A DNA stretch of 64,000 nucleotides from an uncultured Gammaproteobacteria bacterium (GCA_964650355.1 CAZYTL010000009.1:413-64412); one strand, 5' to 3'; positions 8,847-18,685 are shown, counted from the stretch's first letter. Notes: generated from the sequence alone by a model not told the origin. Numbers and translations are program-made.

Positions 8847-9434
8847 TTATTCCATTTCCTGCAGGAATTGAGACACGGCCGCGGCCCAGGAACCGTCAGA
8901 TCTGGGGGTATATCTGGTCATGATTTGTTCGGGAGTAGTTAATCCTTGATCAAGATAATCAGTGCGCAATCCCCGAGCAATGGTCCAGATAGCTTGTTGA
9001 TAGCTGTCAAAACTCAGACTGCCGCGTTCGTGAATCCCCCACCCCCAGCAATTATTGCTTTGATCAGGAATATAAGCGCATAAATTTGACTCTTGTCGGG
9101 CAATGGCTACCAGAAGACGAAAATCAATATGGTAAGCGTCGGAGGCGGCAATGATTTGGTCTGTATAATCTAGCAACGGAGAATTAAAGGTCTGCAAGTA
9201 TTGGCTTAAGATCAGGGACCTGGCATCGTCTGCCTGAACGCGGAAGTCAAAAGAGCCTGCAGGTTCGGGCAAGGCAGCAAAAACCCGAGTTCCTAAAATC
9301 TGGCCTTCAGGAGAAAGGTAATCGGAGGCGGCTTTTAAAATAGACGATGACGGCAGGCGAGTCATTTGCAAGCTGGCCAAAAGTAGCAGCGGGGTTCCTA
9401 GAAGAAAAAGAAAGATTAACGGGAGGCGTTTCAT
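8847..9434 (-). CDS. Secreted lysozyme/glucosaminidase-like protein
   Basis: N-terminal anchor; IDFRLLVAIARQESN, NNCWGWG, RYTP...W. Confidence 0.65.
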   Translation of the reverse strand: MKRLPLIFLFLLGTPLLLLASLQMTRLPSSSILKAASDYLSPEGQILGTRVFAALPEPAGSFDFRVQADDARSLILSQYLQTFNSPLLDYTDQIIAASDAYHIDFRLLVAIARQESNLCAYIPDQSNNCWGWGIHERGSLSFDSYQQAIWTIARGLRTDYLDQGLTTPEQIMTRYTPRSDGSWAAAVSQFLQEME

Positions 9435-9494
9435 ACCACTCCATCATAGCAGGGATTAGTTGATAAAGGCAACTTTGAGGGAAGATGATGGTGT

Positions 9495-10049
9495 TTACAG
9501 TCCCAATTTTTTGGCGTGTTTCTGCATGGCCTGCAATACGATTTGAACGTGCTCTTCCAAAGGTACGTTGATCTCCGCCGCACCTTGTTCGATATCACGC
9601 CGATCGACCCCGGCGGCAAAATCTTTTTTCTTCCACTTTTTCAACACTGAATTAACAGTAACCTTGGAGAGTTTTTTGCCTTTGACTAAAGCCACGGCTA
9701 CGATCAGTCCGGTGAGTTCGTCAACTGCACGCAGGGTTTTGGCCATTAAGGTTTTAGCCGGGATGTTGAAGTTGAATCCGTGGGCCTGAACGGCATTAAC
9801 CAAATCTTCGTCAGCGTGCTGTTGCTTAAGCCAATCAACGATGACTTGGGGATGCTTTTCCGGATGCTTTTCCCAGTCAGCGTCGTGGATCAGGCCGGCC
9901 ACGATCCATTTTTGTTTGTCCTGCTCGGAAACGCCAAAATGATCTGCATAAGCTTCCATGGCCATTTCTACTGCCAGACAGTGTTTGACAAGATTGGGAT
10001 TCGTCATTAGTTGATTGATCTTTTCCCAGGCTTGTTGACGGGTGATCAT
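9495..10049 (-). CDS. HD (HDIG) domain phosphohydrolase
   Basis: KHCLAVE, LIHDAD, DELTGLI, FAAGVDR. Confidence 0.88.
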   Translation of the reverse strand: MITRQQAWEKINQLMTNPNLVKHCLAVEMAMEAYADHFGVSEQDKQKWIVAGLIHDADWEKHPEKHPQVIVDWLKQQHADEDLVNAVQAHGFNFNIPAKTLMAKTLRAVDELTGLIVAVALVKGKKLSKVTVNSVLKKWKKKDFAAGVDRRDIEQGAAEINVPLEEHVQIVLQAMQKHAKKLGL

Positions 10050-10104
10050 AATATTGATGATAACAGAAGATTTTTAATCTGAAAACTGTATAATGAAATT
10101 AATT

Positions 10105-11109
10105 ATGAAGAAGAGAATTTCAGGAAATTACTTGAGAGGATTGTTGTTTTTGGCAGCCAATTTGCTGGTGGTGTTTCTGTTGATTGTATTGGTAAACCCT
10201 TCCTATTTACCCCAACTGCCTTTCTTAAACCCTTCTGCGAATACCACGGTGACGCGCACGGAGGCCGTACAGGCGGAAAATCCCCAAGCAAATTTCTCTT
10301 TTCTGGTATTTGGTGACAGCGGCACCGGTAATGCTTTCCAACAAAAATTAGCCAAGGTGATGCTGAATTATCCATTTACATTCATACTCCACGTCGGAGA
10401 TTTGGCCTATCCTTCGAGCACCAACGACTTGCTAGAAAAAAATTTTTTCCAGATGTATAGCAGCCATTTGCAGAGAGCCAAGGTTTATCCGGCGCCGGGC
10501 AATCATGATTACCTGGCAGATGATCTCCAGCCTTATCTAGACAAGTTTAATTTACCAAAACAGGCCTTTAATGTCCGAGATCAGGAAAAGTATTACTCAT
10601 TTGATTTTGGCAAGGCTCACTTTGTGTCTTTGGATACGAATACCCCCTTGTTTCAGATTTCTGATGAACGCGCGGATGATATGGCTGATTGGCTAAATTA
10701 TGATTTGCGCAATTCCAGTGATCAGTTATGGAAGATTGTCTATTTTCACCATGCGCCTTATTCGTCCGGAACTGTGCATGGAGGTGACCAAAGGGTAAGA
10801 GATGTGTTAGTGCCGATTCTGCAAAAGTATCAGGTGGACCTGGTTTTTTCTGGACACGAACATAATTATGAACGCACGTGTGCAATGTTAGACGGAAAAT
10901 GCGGGACTGACGGGATTGTTTATGTGGTAACCGGTGGCGGTGGGGGAGATTTATATCAGTTTGGTCCGATTCAGCCGTTCAGTGAAGCGCGGGCAGTGCA
11001 GTATCATTTTGTGTATGTGTCGATCAATGACTGTCAATTAAAGGCCAATGCGATTGGGATAGACAACAGCCAATTGGATTCGTTTTTGCTGAATAAGTGC
11101 GGAAGGTGA
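10105..11109 (+). CDS. Metallophosphoesterase, purple acid phosphatase-like, membrane anchored
   Basis: GDSG, GDLAY, GNHD, HH, GHEH motifs; N-terminal TM helix. Confidence 0.9.
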   Translation: MKKRISGNYLRGLLFLAANLLVVFLLIVLVNPSYLPQLPFLNPSANTTVTRTEAVQAENPQANFSFLVFGDSGTGNAFQQKLAKVMLNYPFTFILHVGDLAYPSSTNDLLEKNFFQMYSSHLQRAKVYPAPGNHDYLADDLQPYLDKFNLPKQAFNVRDQEKYYSFDFGKAHFVSLDTNTPLFQISDERADDMADWLNYDLRNSSDQLWKIVYFHHAPYSSGTVHGGDQRVRDVLVPILQKYQVDLVFSGHEHNYERTCAMLDGKCGTDGIVYVVTGGGGGDLYQFGPIQPFSEARAVQYHFVYVSINDCQLKANAIGIDNSQLDSFLLNKCGR

Positions 11110-11213
11110 TAACTTATAAACTGGCATGTGGAAATGATGATAACGGAGAGTTGTTTTTCGACGGCTATCTAGTCCATACCTAACCGGATTGCGGGAGATG
11201 ATTAATTATCGGT

Positions 11214-11522
11214 TTAAGCGTTTTCCGAAATGTCCTTGACTTCTTTATCCAGCGGTCTTTTTTCATTCAGGCGGTATTTTTCCATGAAGGCTTTTTCCAG
11301 ATCGATGCCTTTTAATTCGCAGAAACGCAGAAGATTCCAAAAGACGTCCACTACTTCGTGACTTAAATCTTTAAAACTCTGCTGTTCACGAACCGCTTCA
11401 AAAACTTCCCCCATTTCTTCGCCCAGTCTTAAAAGGACCTCTTTTCCATCTTTGGGATAAAACCCTCGGCGTTTGAGCTGGTCTACCATGATGGCCTGTA
11501 GCTCTTTAATGGATTTAGGCAT
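11214..11522 (-). CDS. MazG-like nucleotide pyrophosphohydrolase
   Basis: EEMGEVFE...EVVDV and GIDLEKAF. Confidence 0.85.
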   Translation of the reverse strand: MPKSIKELQAIMVDQLKRRGFYPKDGKEVLLRLGEEMGEVFEAVREQQSFKDLSHEVVDVFWNLLRFCELKGIDLEKAFMEKYRLNEKRPLDKEVKDISENA

Positions 11523-11527
11523 ATTAG

Positions 11528-12331
11528 TTAGTTAAAAGGAATTTCAATTGGTCCGCCGTTCATTCCGGTGTAATGGACTTTATTTCCTGCAAAATAGGCT
11601 GGGTCACCACCAATACCGGCCGGCCCGGCGTTTTTAGCCAGAACTCTGCAGGAGATGGTACAGTAGACAACAGAAAACATATTTGGGTTACCTAAAATAT
11701 CAGGAATGGCGGCTTCTCCGGCAGTAAATACGATTCCGTCACCCGCAGGTGACCAACTTTCATCAGTGTAATTGGGAAAATATATCTGTGAAAATAATTC
11801 TGTTACTTGTGAATTGTCAATATCCACGATTGATAGGGCATTTTCGTCCGGTGCCCCACCGGTCTTGGCATACTCGTCTGAGTATCTGACTATAAATAAC
11901 CAGGCTTTATTTGGGGACAAAGAATACCTAGAAACATGCTCCACTTTGACTGACGACGGGCCGATTATGTAATCGGAGAAAAGATGATTGGAATCTTTAC
12001 AAAATTGGTAGTCTATTAAACCATCTATGTCTTTACAACCAGGAAGAGCTGGTGAGGGTGTGAATTCCGGCATCATTGTAGGTGAAATATCGGAAGCGGA
12101 AGGCAGAGGAGTTGCTGTGGGCGAAGAAGGGTCAGTCCCTCCTGTATCAGTCATGGAAAATGAATTGGTTTTGTTACTCTGTTTCCCTAATACAAACCCG
12201 ACGGCTCCGGAAATAATGGCGGTAACCAATATTGAGATAAGTAAAGAGAGCAAGTTGTTTTTCTTTGGTTTCAATTCCGGCTGCGGGTAAGGAGTGGGGG
12301 TGCCCGGTTGACTGCTTTCGTCTTTATCCAT
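11528..12331 (-). CDS. Single-pass membrane protein with P/T/S linker and TolB-like repeats
   Basis: One TM helix; SLSPNK and SWSPAGD motifs. Confidence 0.6.
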   Translation of the reverse strand: MDKDESSQPGTPTPYPQPELKPKKNNLLSLLISILVTAIISGAVGFVLGKQSNKTNSFSMTDTGGTDPSSPTATPLPSASDISPTMMPEFTPSPALPGCKDIDGLIDYQFCKDSNHLFSDYIIGPSSVKVEHVSRYSLSPNKAWLFIVRYSDEYAKTGGAPDENALSIVDIDNSQVTELFSQIYFPNYTDESWSPAGDGIVFTAGEAAIPDILGNPNMFSVVYCTISCRVLAKNAGPAGIGGDPAYFAGNKVHYTGMNGGPIEIPFN

Positions 12332-12636
12332 ACTGATAATCATCTTATTACGATACCAATAAAAGAATCAACCTCAAAAGCAGATGAGACTTCACTACCC
12401 GAATTATTTACGCTTTGTGCGAATAAACTTCAGACATTAATAGCTAAAGTCATCCTTTAAGTAACTATTTAAAAAGCAGTTTCTAAAACTAACATACTAT
12501 ATGCTATAAAAATTATGTCTTTTAAGTTCAAACCCTGAAACTATAATTAGCACAAGGCGTATTTATCTATGGCACAATTCTGTGACTTTCGGAGTTTGTT
12601 ATTTTCAAAATATTTTCAATTAATTCTTTATGTATG

Positions 12637-12708
12637 AGCGGGAGACGGGATTCGAACCCGCGACCTTCTCGTTGGCAACGAGACATTCTACCACTGAACT
12701 ACTCCCGC
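12637..12708 (-). tRNA. tRNA-Gly(GCC)
   Basis: GCGGGAG...CTCCCGC-T; anticodon arm TCTCG-TTGCCAA-CGAGA; GGTTCGAATCC. Confidence 0.96.
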
Positions 12709-12965
12709 AGAAATTTGATCTCTTGATCTTTAATTATTAGCTCTATTATCTGCCTTGATTTTTTACTTTTCAATTTATATTCCGCTTGTCTGGCTTGTTT
12801 TAAAGTTTCGAACTTCTGAACAAACACCATTCGCCAAGGACCTCGTCCTTTAGTCGCTTTGCATAAATCCTGATTATGTTCTATGAGTCTCTTTTTATAA
12901 TCAGGTGTGCTCCCTATATAAAATTGTCTATTTTTAGTGCTTTGTACTATGTAAAGAAAACCCAT
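12699..12965 (-). CDS. Small stand-alone GIY-YIG nuclease (YhbQ/SLX1-like)
   Basis: FLYIVQS...FYIGST...KRLIEHN...TKGRGPW...ARQAEYKLK; stop TAG is inside tRNA-Gly; alternative start at 12992. Confidence 0.9.
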   Translation of the reverse strand: MGFLYIVQSTKNRQFYIGSTPDYKKRLIEHNQDLCKATKGRGPWRMVFVQKFETLKQARQAEYKLKSKKSRQIIELIIKDQEIKFLRE

Positions 12966-13022
12966 ATTACCCGCGACCTCTCCGATGGCCATCGGAGCAT
13001 TCTACCACTGAACTACTCCCGC
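12709..13022 (-). mobile_element. Putative 314-bp tRNA-associated GIY-YIG mini-element
   Basis: Nuclease ORF bounded by 25-nt direct repeats of the tRNA-Gly 5' end; mobility is inferred only. Confidence 0.55.
12969..13022 (-). pseudogene. Duplicated 5' part of tRNA-Gly with the anticodon arm replaced by an 18-bp palindrome
   Basis: 12998-13022 identical to 12684-12708 (25 nt); 12969-12979 identical to 12656-12666 (11 nt); between them CTCCGATGGCCATCGGAG. Confidence 0.9.
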
Positions 13023-13157
13023 GAATTTAGCTTTTTGCTGTTGGCTATTTGCTATTTGCTAATAGTTTTGTAAATTTTAATATTAAGAGTCTGGTTTCGG
13101 TTTGCTAACTTTTAATTTGACGAGGTCTATTTTACCAAATAAGTGCTAGTTCGTTAA

Positions 13158-14828
13158 CTAGTGACAATATTGGCTGGCAAAGTTGATATCCAGGCATCTT
13201 TGTTGGGGATCGGTACGGTAGCCACGGAAGATGATTTGGTTTAGGGGATCACGGATTTCAAGTACCTGAGTGAAGGAATATTCCTGAGCTTGATCGGGAG
13301 AGATAGCGAGTTCATCTCCGACAAGGATTTGTTGAAAGTACGGATCCTGCTCCCAGGTGATGGACCGGGTTTCTATGTTGGCGAATTGGCGCTCGGGAGT
13401 GAATTTAATTTGGTGGTAATAATCAGCGCTGATTTGGGGATCACTTGATTGCTGTAGTTGTTCGGGAGGAACTTGAAGGAAAAAGGCCAGCTCGATATAA
13501 GCAGGTTTAGTGCGGGCCTGGTCGATTAAGAAATGTTCTTGGGAATGGGTTTTGATAAATCCGGCTAATTGAGAAAATCCGTAGCCCCAGACACGGGCGC
13601 GTTCTCCGGGAAGGAGGATAAAATAGGATCGCCAGAGGAGCACCAGAGAATTAAGCAACAACAAAACAAATAAGCTGGAATATAAAATGGGTTTTAATTT
13701 GGCCGTTATATTATCAATTCCTATGCTGATGATGACCATTAAAGGTAGTAGTAAGGGTAAAGCTCTTTGAGTGGAAAAAGGGTCATTGGTCAAAGCAGCA
13801 GGTAAAGGTGTTAATAAGGTAAGTATTAGAAGATATTTGATTGATGGGTTTTTTCTGTTTTTGACTAGCAGATAAAGGCCAATCAGATAGGGAATCAGCA
13901 TCCAGGGATAAAAGACAGACAGATCAGGCAGAGAGCGCTGAGGATCAGGATCGGGGAGAAAGAAGAGGGAGCGAGGAGAAAAATAGGTTAAGTATTGGGC
14001 CAGGAACTTACGGGCTAAGGCCAGCGTCCAGGCAATCGGGTAGGGTAGCCAGGAAAAGTATTGGATTGCCTGATCTTGAATTCCCTGAGAAAAGAACAGC
14101 GCCTGTTTCTGCCACATGGCCGGAGTGAAGAGAATGGTAAGATGAGGGATTTGGATCAGGCCGGCAAATAACAGTCCTATTAAAGTAAACTTACGTGATT
14201 TAACGGGCCAGAATTTGCGGCTAAAGAAAATCAATAGACAGAGGATAAAAATCGGAACTAAATATCTTTCGGTATGGGCCCCATAAGTGGACAGAGAGAG
14301 CACTGCTAAACCGGGAACTAGGAATTTGGGTCTATCCAGGGCTTTCCAGCAGAAATATGCTCCCAGGGTAAAGAGACAAAACCCTAAATATATCTCGTAT
14401 CCTGCCCTGGCATAGAGCAGATGCCATGGAGAGATGGTCAACAAGAGGGCCACTAAATAGGGTGTGAATTTCGAACGAATAATTTTCGAACTTTTTAATA
14501 AATTAAATAAGATATAGACAACTAGAACTCCGGAGAGAGCGGAAATAAACCGAGTGGAAAAAATATTTAATCCATGGATAGCAATTACTGAAACGGTTAA
14601 GTAGGTATAGAGCGGTGGCGAATAAGTGCCGAAGAAACGAAAGAGAATGGGAAAAGATTTTCCATATTCATCTTTTCCGGTGGTTAAGACGGAATAGGCA
14701 TTATAACTTGATAAGGCTTCGTCAACGTAAAGACCGCTGGGGATCTGATCAAGACGGTAAAAGTTGAGAAAAAAAGCCACACATAGAATTAATAATAAAA
14801 ACAGAAGGGGAAGAGGATTGAATTTCAT
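13158..14828 (-). CDS. GT-C fold glycosyltransferase (ArnT/PMT-like, family 39/83)
   Basis: PSGLYVDEA...YNAYSVLTTGKDEYG, PPLYTY; multiple TM helices. Confidence 0.85.
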   Translation of the reverse strand: MKFNPLPLLFLLLILCVAFFLNFYRLDQIPSGLYVDEALSSYNAYSVLTTGKDEYGKSFPILFRFFGTYSPPLYTYLTVSVIAIHGLNIFSTRFISALSGVLVVYILFNLLKSSKIIRSKFTPYLVALLLTISPWHLLYARAGYEIYLGFCLFTLGAYFCWKALDRPKFLVPGLAVLSLSTYGAHTERYLVPIFILCLLIFFSRKFWPVKSRKFTLIGLLFAGLIQIPHLTILFTPAMWQKQALFFSQGIQDQAIQYFSWLPYPIAWTLALARKFLAQYLTYFSPRSLFFLPDPDPQRSLPDLSVFYPWMLIPYLIGLYLLVKNRKNPSIKYLLILTLLTPLPAALTNDPFSTQRALPLLLPLMVIISIGIDNITAKLKPILYSSLFVLLLLNSLVLLWRSYFILLPGERARVWGYGFSQLAGFIKTHSQEHFLIDQARTKPAYIELAFFLQVPPEQLQQSSDPQISADYYHQIKFTPERQFANIETRSITWEQDPYFQQILVGDELAISPDQAQEYSFTQVLEIRDPLNQIIFRGYRTDPQQRCLDINFASQYCH

Positions 14829-15523
14829 AGAGGAAAAATTTCCTGACTGGCGATTTGTTTAACAAATAGAGATATTCCAAGGACAGTAGTCACGCCAATA
14901 AAAGGAAATAAGCTGAACGGACCAAGTTGGTTGTGATGTCCGATGAGGGTCAGCAACGTAATCGGGATAATCGCACTGAAAAAAATCAAACTACGCTTGG
15001 TTGGGGATTTAATTAACTGGTATAAGCCAATTAAGAAAAACGGCAATAGGATAAAAGAGAATTTTTCAATGATAGGAATACCAATAACTTCTCGAGGATG
15101 ACTGGCAAAGAAGTAAAAGTTGAGATCAAGAGTTTGGGAAAAGTTGACTTGGAGATTGCTGATGGCGATACTTTCTTTTCTCAGCTCAAAAATATTGGCT
15201 AAGGGAAGATTTATTTGTTTGTTTAAAATATTAAAGAGGATTTTGGGATAAAGATTGAGTCTTTGTTGATGGAGAATTTGCTGACTAGTATCTAAGGTTA
15301 GGAGATTGATTTTTTCGCTAGTTTGCCATTGGAAGAAGACCAGAAAAGCAAAAATTATAGCGAATAACAGACTGGATCTTTTAACTGTTTGAAGGCTCGA
15401 AAGTAGTAATAAAACAGTGGCTAAAATAGTGGTCAATGCCAGCCAGGAGTTCACTGAAAAAATGTTGCTTAACCAGATATTAGTGGCCAATACCAGCCCC
15501 AGAATAATGATTTCAAGCCACAT
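14825..15523 (-). CDS. Membrane protein resembling a short GT-C fragment
   Basis: Multiple TM helices; YFFASHPRE...LLPFFLIGLY; 4-nt overlap with the downstream glycosyltransferase. Confidence 0.6.
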   Translation of the reverse strand: MWLEIIILGLVLATNIWLSNIFSVNSWLALTTILATVLLLLSSLQTVKRSSLLFAIIFAFLVFFQWQTSEKINLLTLDTSQQILHQQRLNLYPKILFNILNKQINLPLANIFELRKESIAISNLQVNFSQTLDLNFYFFASHPREVIGIPIIEKFSFILLPFFLIGLYQLIKSPTKRSLIFFSAIIPITLLTLIGHHNQLGPFSLFPFIGVTTVLGISLFVKQIASQEIFPL

Positions 15524-15568
15524 TAACGCCAGTATAGCACTATTTTCGTTCTCAGAAGCCGGTTGAGT

Positions 15569-16546
15569 TTAATATCCGGCGAGCAGGATGACGAGTTGGT
15601 TATTTCCTGCAATGCAGGTCCACTTAAATTCCTGATTGTTTAGTAAAGAGAGGCTTTCGTCATTAGATAACCAATAGTTAAGGACTTGATCCAAGCTTGG
15701 CTTGTTAACGGCGCTGGTCATTTTAATGAATTGAAAGTTGTGCATGGCGGCTTGGTTAACCTGCATATACTGATCAAAGGCGTCTTTAGGTTCAGTGTTA
15801 TTTTTCATTATTACGTTGAAAATGTTAGCCAATGCCGTACAAAGATCAGGGTGGCTTTGCAAAGGGGGGATGTTTTGTTTCTCACGATAATCGTTTACGG
15901 CTCCAAGAATTTGGTTGGCTGAATAAGTTGTATTACTTCGGGAAAGAACAGACCCCTGATCAAGAGAGGGAAAAACGCCGTTGACAGCCCATTCCGGATG
16001 GGTGTGAATATTCGGAAGAGACGTTTGAGGATCATATGACAGTTTAGCCGTGCCTTTGTCTTGGTCTTCTTGGGTAAGGGCGGCCATAAACACCCGCAAA
16101 TATTTTAGTTGATAGTGAGAATCAGTCTGCGCATAAGGACTGATTTCGATCAGGTAGTCTCCCGGACCGGCTAAGTGGTCGTAGACCTGTCCGTTTAATT
16201 GCCATTCCGGGCTCCACACACCAGGTTTGTTCTCATTTCGGACCCGGACATAACCATTGATTAAGTAGTCTTCCAAATTAGTGATCATTACCTTAATGGG
16301 ATGATTGGGATAGACTTCATACTCATTTAGATCGATTGTGTATCCTGAATTTGCTTGAGGGGTAGGTTGAGGTTGATTGAAGGTAGTGACTATTGTTGGG
16401 GTGGGAGTCGGTAGATTGGTTGCTTGGTGAAGAAATGCCAGAGGAAGATTATGGGTGAAGAACAACGTAAGAATGCCTGTTGTCACGAACAGAAGGGCAA
16501 GCGCGAGCACCAGCCGCTTAATTTTAAGGCGATTAGTCGTTTCCAT
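15569..16546 (-). CDS. Membrane-anchored protein with C-terminal CAP/SCP-like domain
   Basis: VNDYREKQNIPPLQSHPDLC, WLSN...LLNN; catalytic His residues not evident. Confidence 0.6.
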   Translation of the reverse strand: METTNRLKIKRLVLALALLFVTTGILTLFFTHNLPLAFLHQATNLPTPTPTIVTTFNQPQPTPQANSGYTIDLNEYEVYPNHPIKVMITNLEDYLINGYVRVRNENKPGVWSPEWQLNGQVYDHLAGPGDYLIEISPYAQTDSHYQLKYLRVFMAALTQEDQDKGTAKLSYDPQTSLPNIHTHPEWAVNGVFPSLDQGSVLSRSNTTYSANQILGAVNDYREKQNIPPLQSHPDLCTALANIFNVIMKNNTEPKDAFDQYMQVNQAAMHNFQFIKMTSAVNKPSLDQVLNYWLSNDESLSLLNNQEFKWTCIAGNNQLVILLAGY

Positions 16547-16714
16547 AAAATCCCTTATCTTGGTCAAATTATACTATGCAGTGAGATTAATTCCATTAAT
16601 AGAGATACGGGCGTTTGAAGTAGAACCTTGGATTTACAAGCAAGAGATCGGACATTACTGATTGTTGACTAAAAATAGTTTACTAGTTAAATTGTAAATG
16701 TACTAAACCTTTTT

Positions 16715-17149
16715 ATGGTAAAAAATGAACTTATAGAGCAGCTGTTTAACACTTTAGTCCAGTTGAGAAAATTAGTCGCTCAACAAGTGCAGGAATCTTA
16801 TGAAGAGAAATCCTCTACATTGTTGCAGTTCTCTGCTTTGATTTTTTTAATAGAACAACCCAAGGCCACGGTGAGCGAGTTGGCCTCTTTTTTAAGGTTG
16901 TCAAAATCATCCGCTACCCAACTGGTAGAGCGGTTAGTAAAATTAAAACAGGTAGCCAGAGTACCCGACGAAGATGACCGGCGGGTAGTTAGATTACAAA
17001 TTACTCAACAAGGTAAAGCAGATCTGGCTTTGCTTAAAGAAAAAATGACCGACAAAATGACTAAATTTCTATCTAAAGTTCCTGAAAAAGATCTTAAAGA
17101 ATTAGTACGGATCCATACTGACTTAATTGAGGGCTTGAAACAAGGATAA
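16715..17149 (+). CDS. MarR family transcriptional regulator
   Basis: TVSELA...SKSSATQLVERLV...DDRR...ITQQG. Confidence 0.92.
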   Translation: MVKNELIEQLFNTLVQLRKLVAQQVQESYEEKSSTLLQFSALIFLIEQPKATVSELASFLRLSKSSATQLVERLVKLKQVARVPDEDDRRVVRLQITQQGKADLALLKEKMTDKMTKFLSKVPEKDLKELVRIHTDLIEGLKQG

Positions 17150-17154
17150 AGTTT

Positions 17155-17529
17155 ATGACATTCATCTTAATATTTGTAAGTTTAATATTCGTCTACTCTG
17201 TTCCGGTACTGGCCGCCGAATCAGGATTGTCCGTGCCCACATCTGCAGTAAGTGCTTTCTCGATCACCAGCGTTGGTGAATTTATCGGGGCAACTTTGTC
17301 TTTGGTTTACTTGGTAGCAGGAGTCGGGTTTGCCTTGTTTTTTCTCTATTCCGGAATCAGTATGGCTACCAGCGGGGGCGATAAGGGAAAATACCAGTCG
17401 GCTGCCGGCCACATGACTGCCGCATTTGTTGGATTAGGCATAATTGCTGTGGCTTGGGCGATTACTTTGTTAGCCCAAACATTTTTCGGAATCAATATTA
17501 CCAGTATTTCTTTGCCTAGGCCCTACTAA
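17155..17529 (+). CDS. CPR-type pilin-like protein (TrbC/VirB2-like)
   Basis: Signal peptide then TM-TSGGDKGKYQSA-TM, ending FFGI. Confidence 0.7.
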   Translation: MTFILIFVSLIFVYSVPVLAAESGLSVPTSAVSAFSITSVGEFIGATLSLVYLVAGVGFALFFLYSGISMATSGGDKGKYQSAAGHMTAAFVGLGIIAVAWAITLLAQTFFGINITSISLPRPY

Positions 17530-17628
17530 AGTGGCCACAAAGTTTACACTTCGTAAGTAAACTGAGGGAATTGATCTTCCGGTCACCTGACCATCGTAAA
17601 TCAATCGGTTAATGATTATAATGGATTC

Positions 17629-18051
17629 ATGAATTGGTATGGTTATGCTTTACTGTCAGCTTTGTTTGCCGCCTTTACTGCCATTTTGGCCAAAGTAGGG
17701 GTAACCGGGGTGAATTCGAATTTGGCTACTGCGATCCGCACGGTGGTGATTTTGTTATTTGCCTGGGGGATTGTATTTTATCAAGGCACGGCCAAGCAGA
17801 TTTCATCCATCTCGAACTTTTCTCTTCTCTTTTTGATTCTTTCAGGAGTAGCAACCGGACTGTCGTGGTTGTTTTACTTCCGAGCTTTGCAGTTGGGCAA
17901 TGCTTCACAGGTGGTGCCGATTGACAAGTTAAGTCTGGTGATTGCCATCCTGCTGGCCGTGGTGGTTTTAAGAGAGAAGTTGACGCTGACATTAATGATC
18001 GGAGCCTTGCTAATGAGCGTGGGAGCAGTAGTCATCGGATTAAACAACTAG
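17629..18051 (+). CDS. EamA/DMT family transporter (single domain)
   Basis: LAKVG...SNLATAIRT...LSWLFYFRALQLG...VVPIDKLS. Confidence 0.9.
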   Translation: MNWYGYALLSALFAAFTAILAKVGVTGVNSNLATAIRTVVILLFAWGIVFYQGTAKQISSISNFSLLFLILSGVATGLSWLFYFRALQLGNASQVVPIDKLSLVIAILLAVVVLREKLTLTLMIGALLMSVGAVVIGLNN

Positions 18052-18062
18052 GTAGAGAAGCT

Positions 18063-18260
18063 TCAGAAGCTATACAACCCTGACATGGCGTTCATAAATA
18101 GAGGCACCACGAAAATGGAAGCGATTAAAGGCAGGAGTAGAAATATCAGAGTCACGATTAAGGTCCACTTAAAATACTTGCGGGTCTTTTCCGCCGAACT
18201 ATAGGTAGCGTTGATTTTTTGTTCTATTTGATCCAGTCTTTGGCTCAGTTGCGGGTCCAT
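18063..18260 (-). CDS. Small membrane protein
   Basis: Coiled N-terminus, SAEKTRKYFKWT, then a TM helix. Confidence 0.65.
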   Translation of the reverse strand: MDPQLSQRLDQIEQKINATYSSAEKTRKYFKWTLIVTLIFLLLPLIASIFVVPLFMNAMSGLYSF

Positions 18261-18352
18261 CTGGTAAATTTCTTCATTTAATAAATTAAGTATTACACGT
18301 CAATGATCGTTTGTAAACGAACCAGCGATTTACGATAGTCACCCATAGGCGG

Positions 18353-18685
18353 TTACTTTTTTAAGCGAGCAGCGTAGTTATAAGGATAAAAATATTGTTG
18401 CCATTGTTCATCGGTCGATTGGTAGTGGTTATCTCCGGAAAAATAATCTACAAGCACTTCTCTGATTCTGCAAGGCTCTGACAGACGATGGCGATTCTTA
18501 GGATCCGCTAAGGTCAAATCCAACAACTCTAAGGCTCTGTAAAAGGCTTGTTGAGAGTATTTATAGTTACCCTTGTTTTTCCATTTAATACTCCGATCTA
18601 TTTCCATACCGATATTCGCCAGTTGCTCTACCAGAGATAACTCCTTCCACTTGCCCGCGGCCAGATCCCGATGTTGATAATTCAT
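18353..18685 (-). CDS. Helical hypothetical protein coupled to the DUF5674 gene
   Basis: W..LSLVEQLANIG.EI.R, RALELLDLT..D; ATGA overlap with the upstream gene. Confidence 0.7.
   Translation of the reverse strand: MNYQHRDLAAGKWKELSLVEQLANIGMEIDRSIKWKNKGNYKYSQQAFYRALELLDLTLADPKNRHRLSEPCRIREVLVDYFSGDNHYQSTDEQWQQYFYPYNYAARLKK

Noticed and set aside
12637-13022. tRNA-Gly interrupted by a group I intron with a homing endonuclease
   Set aside because: The downstream tRNA is complete on its own, and there is no room for ribozyme core elements around the ORF.
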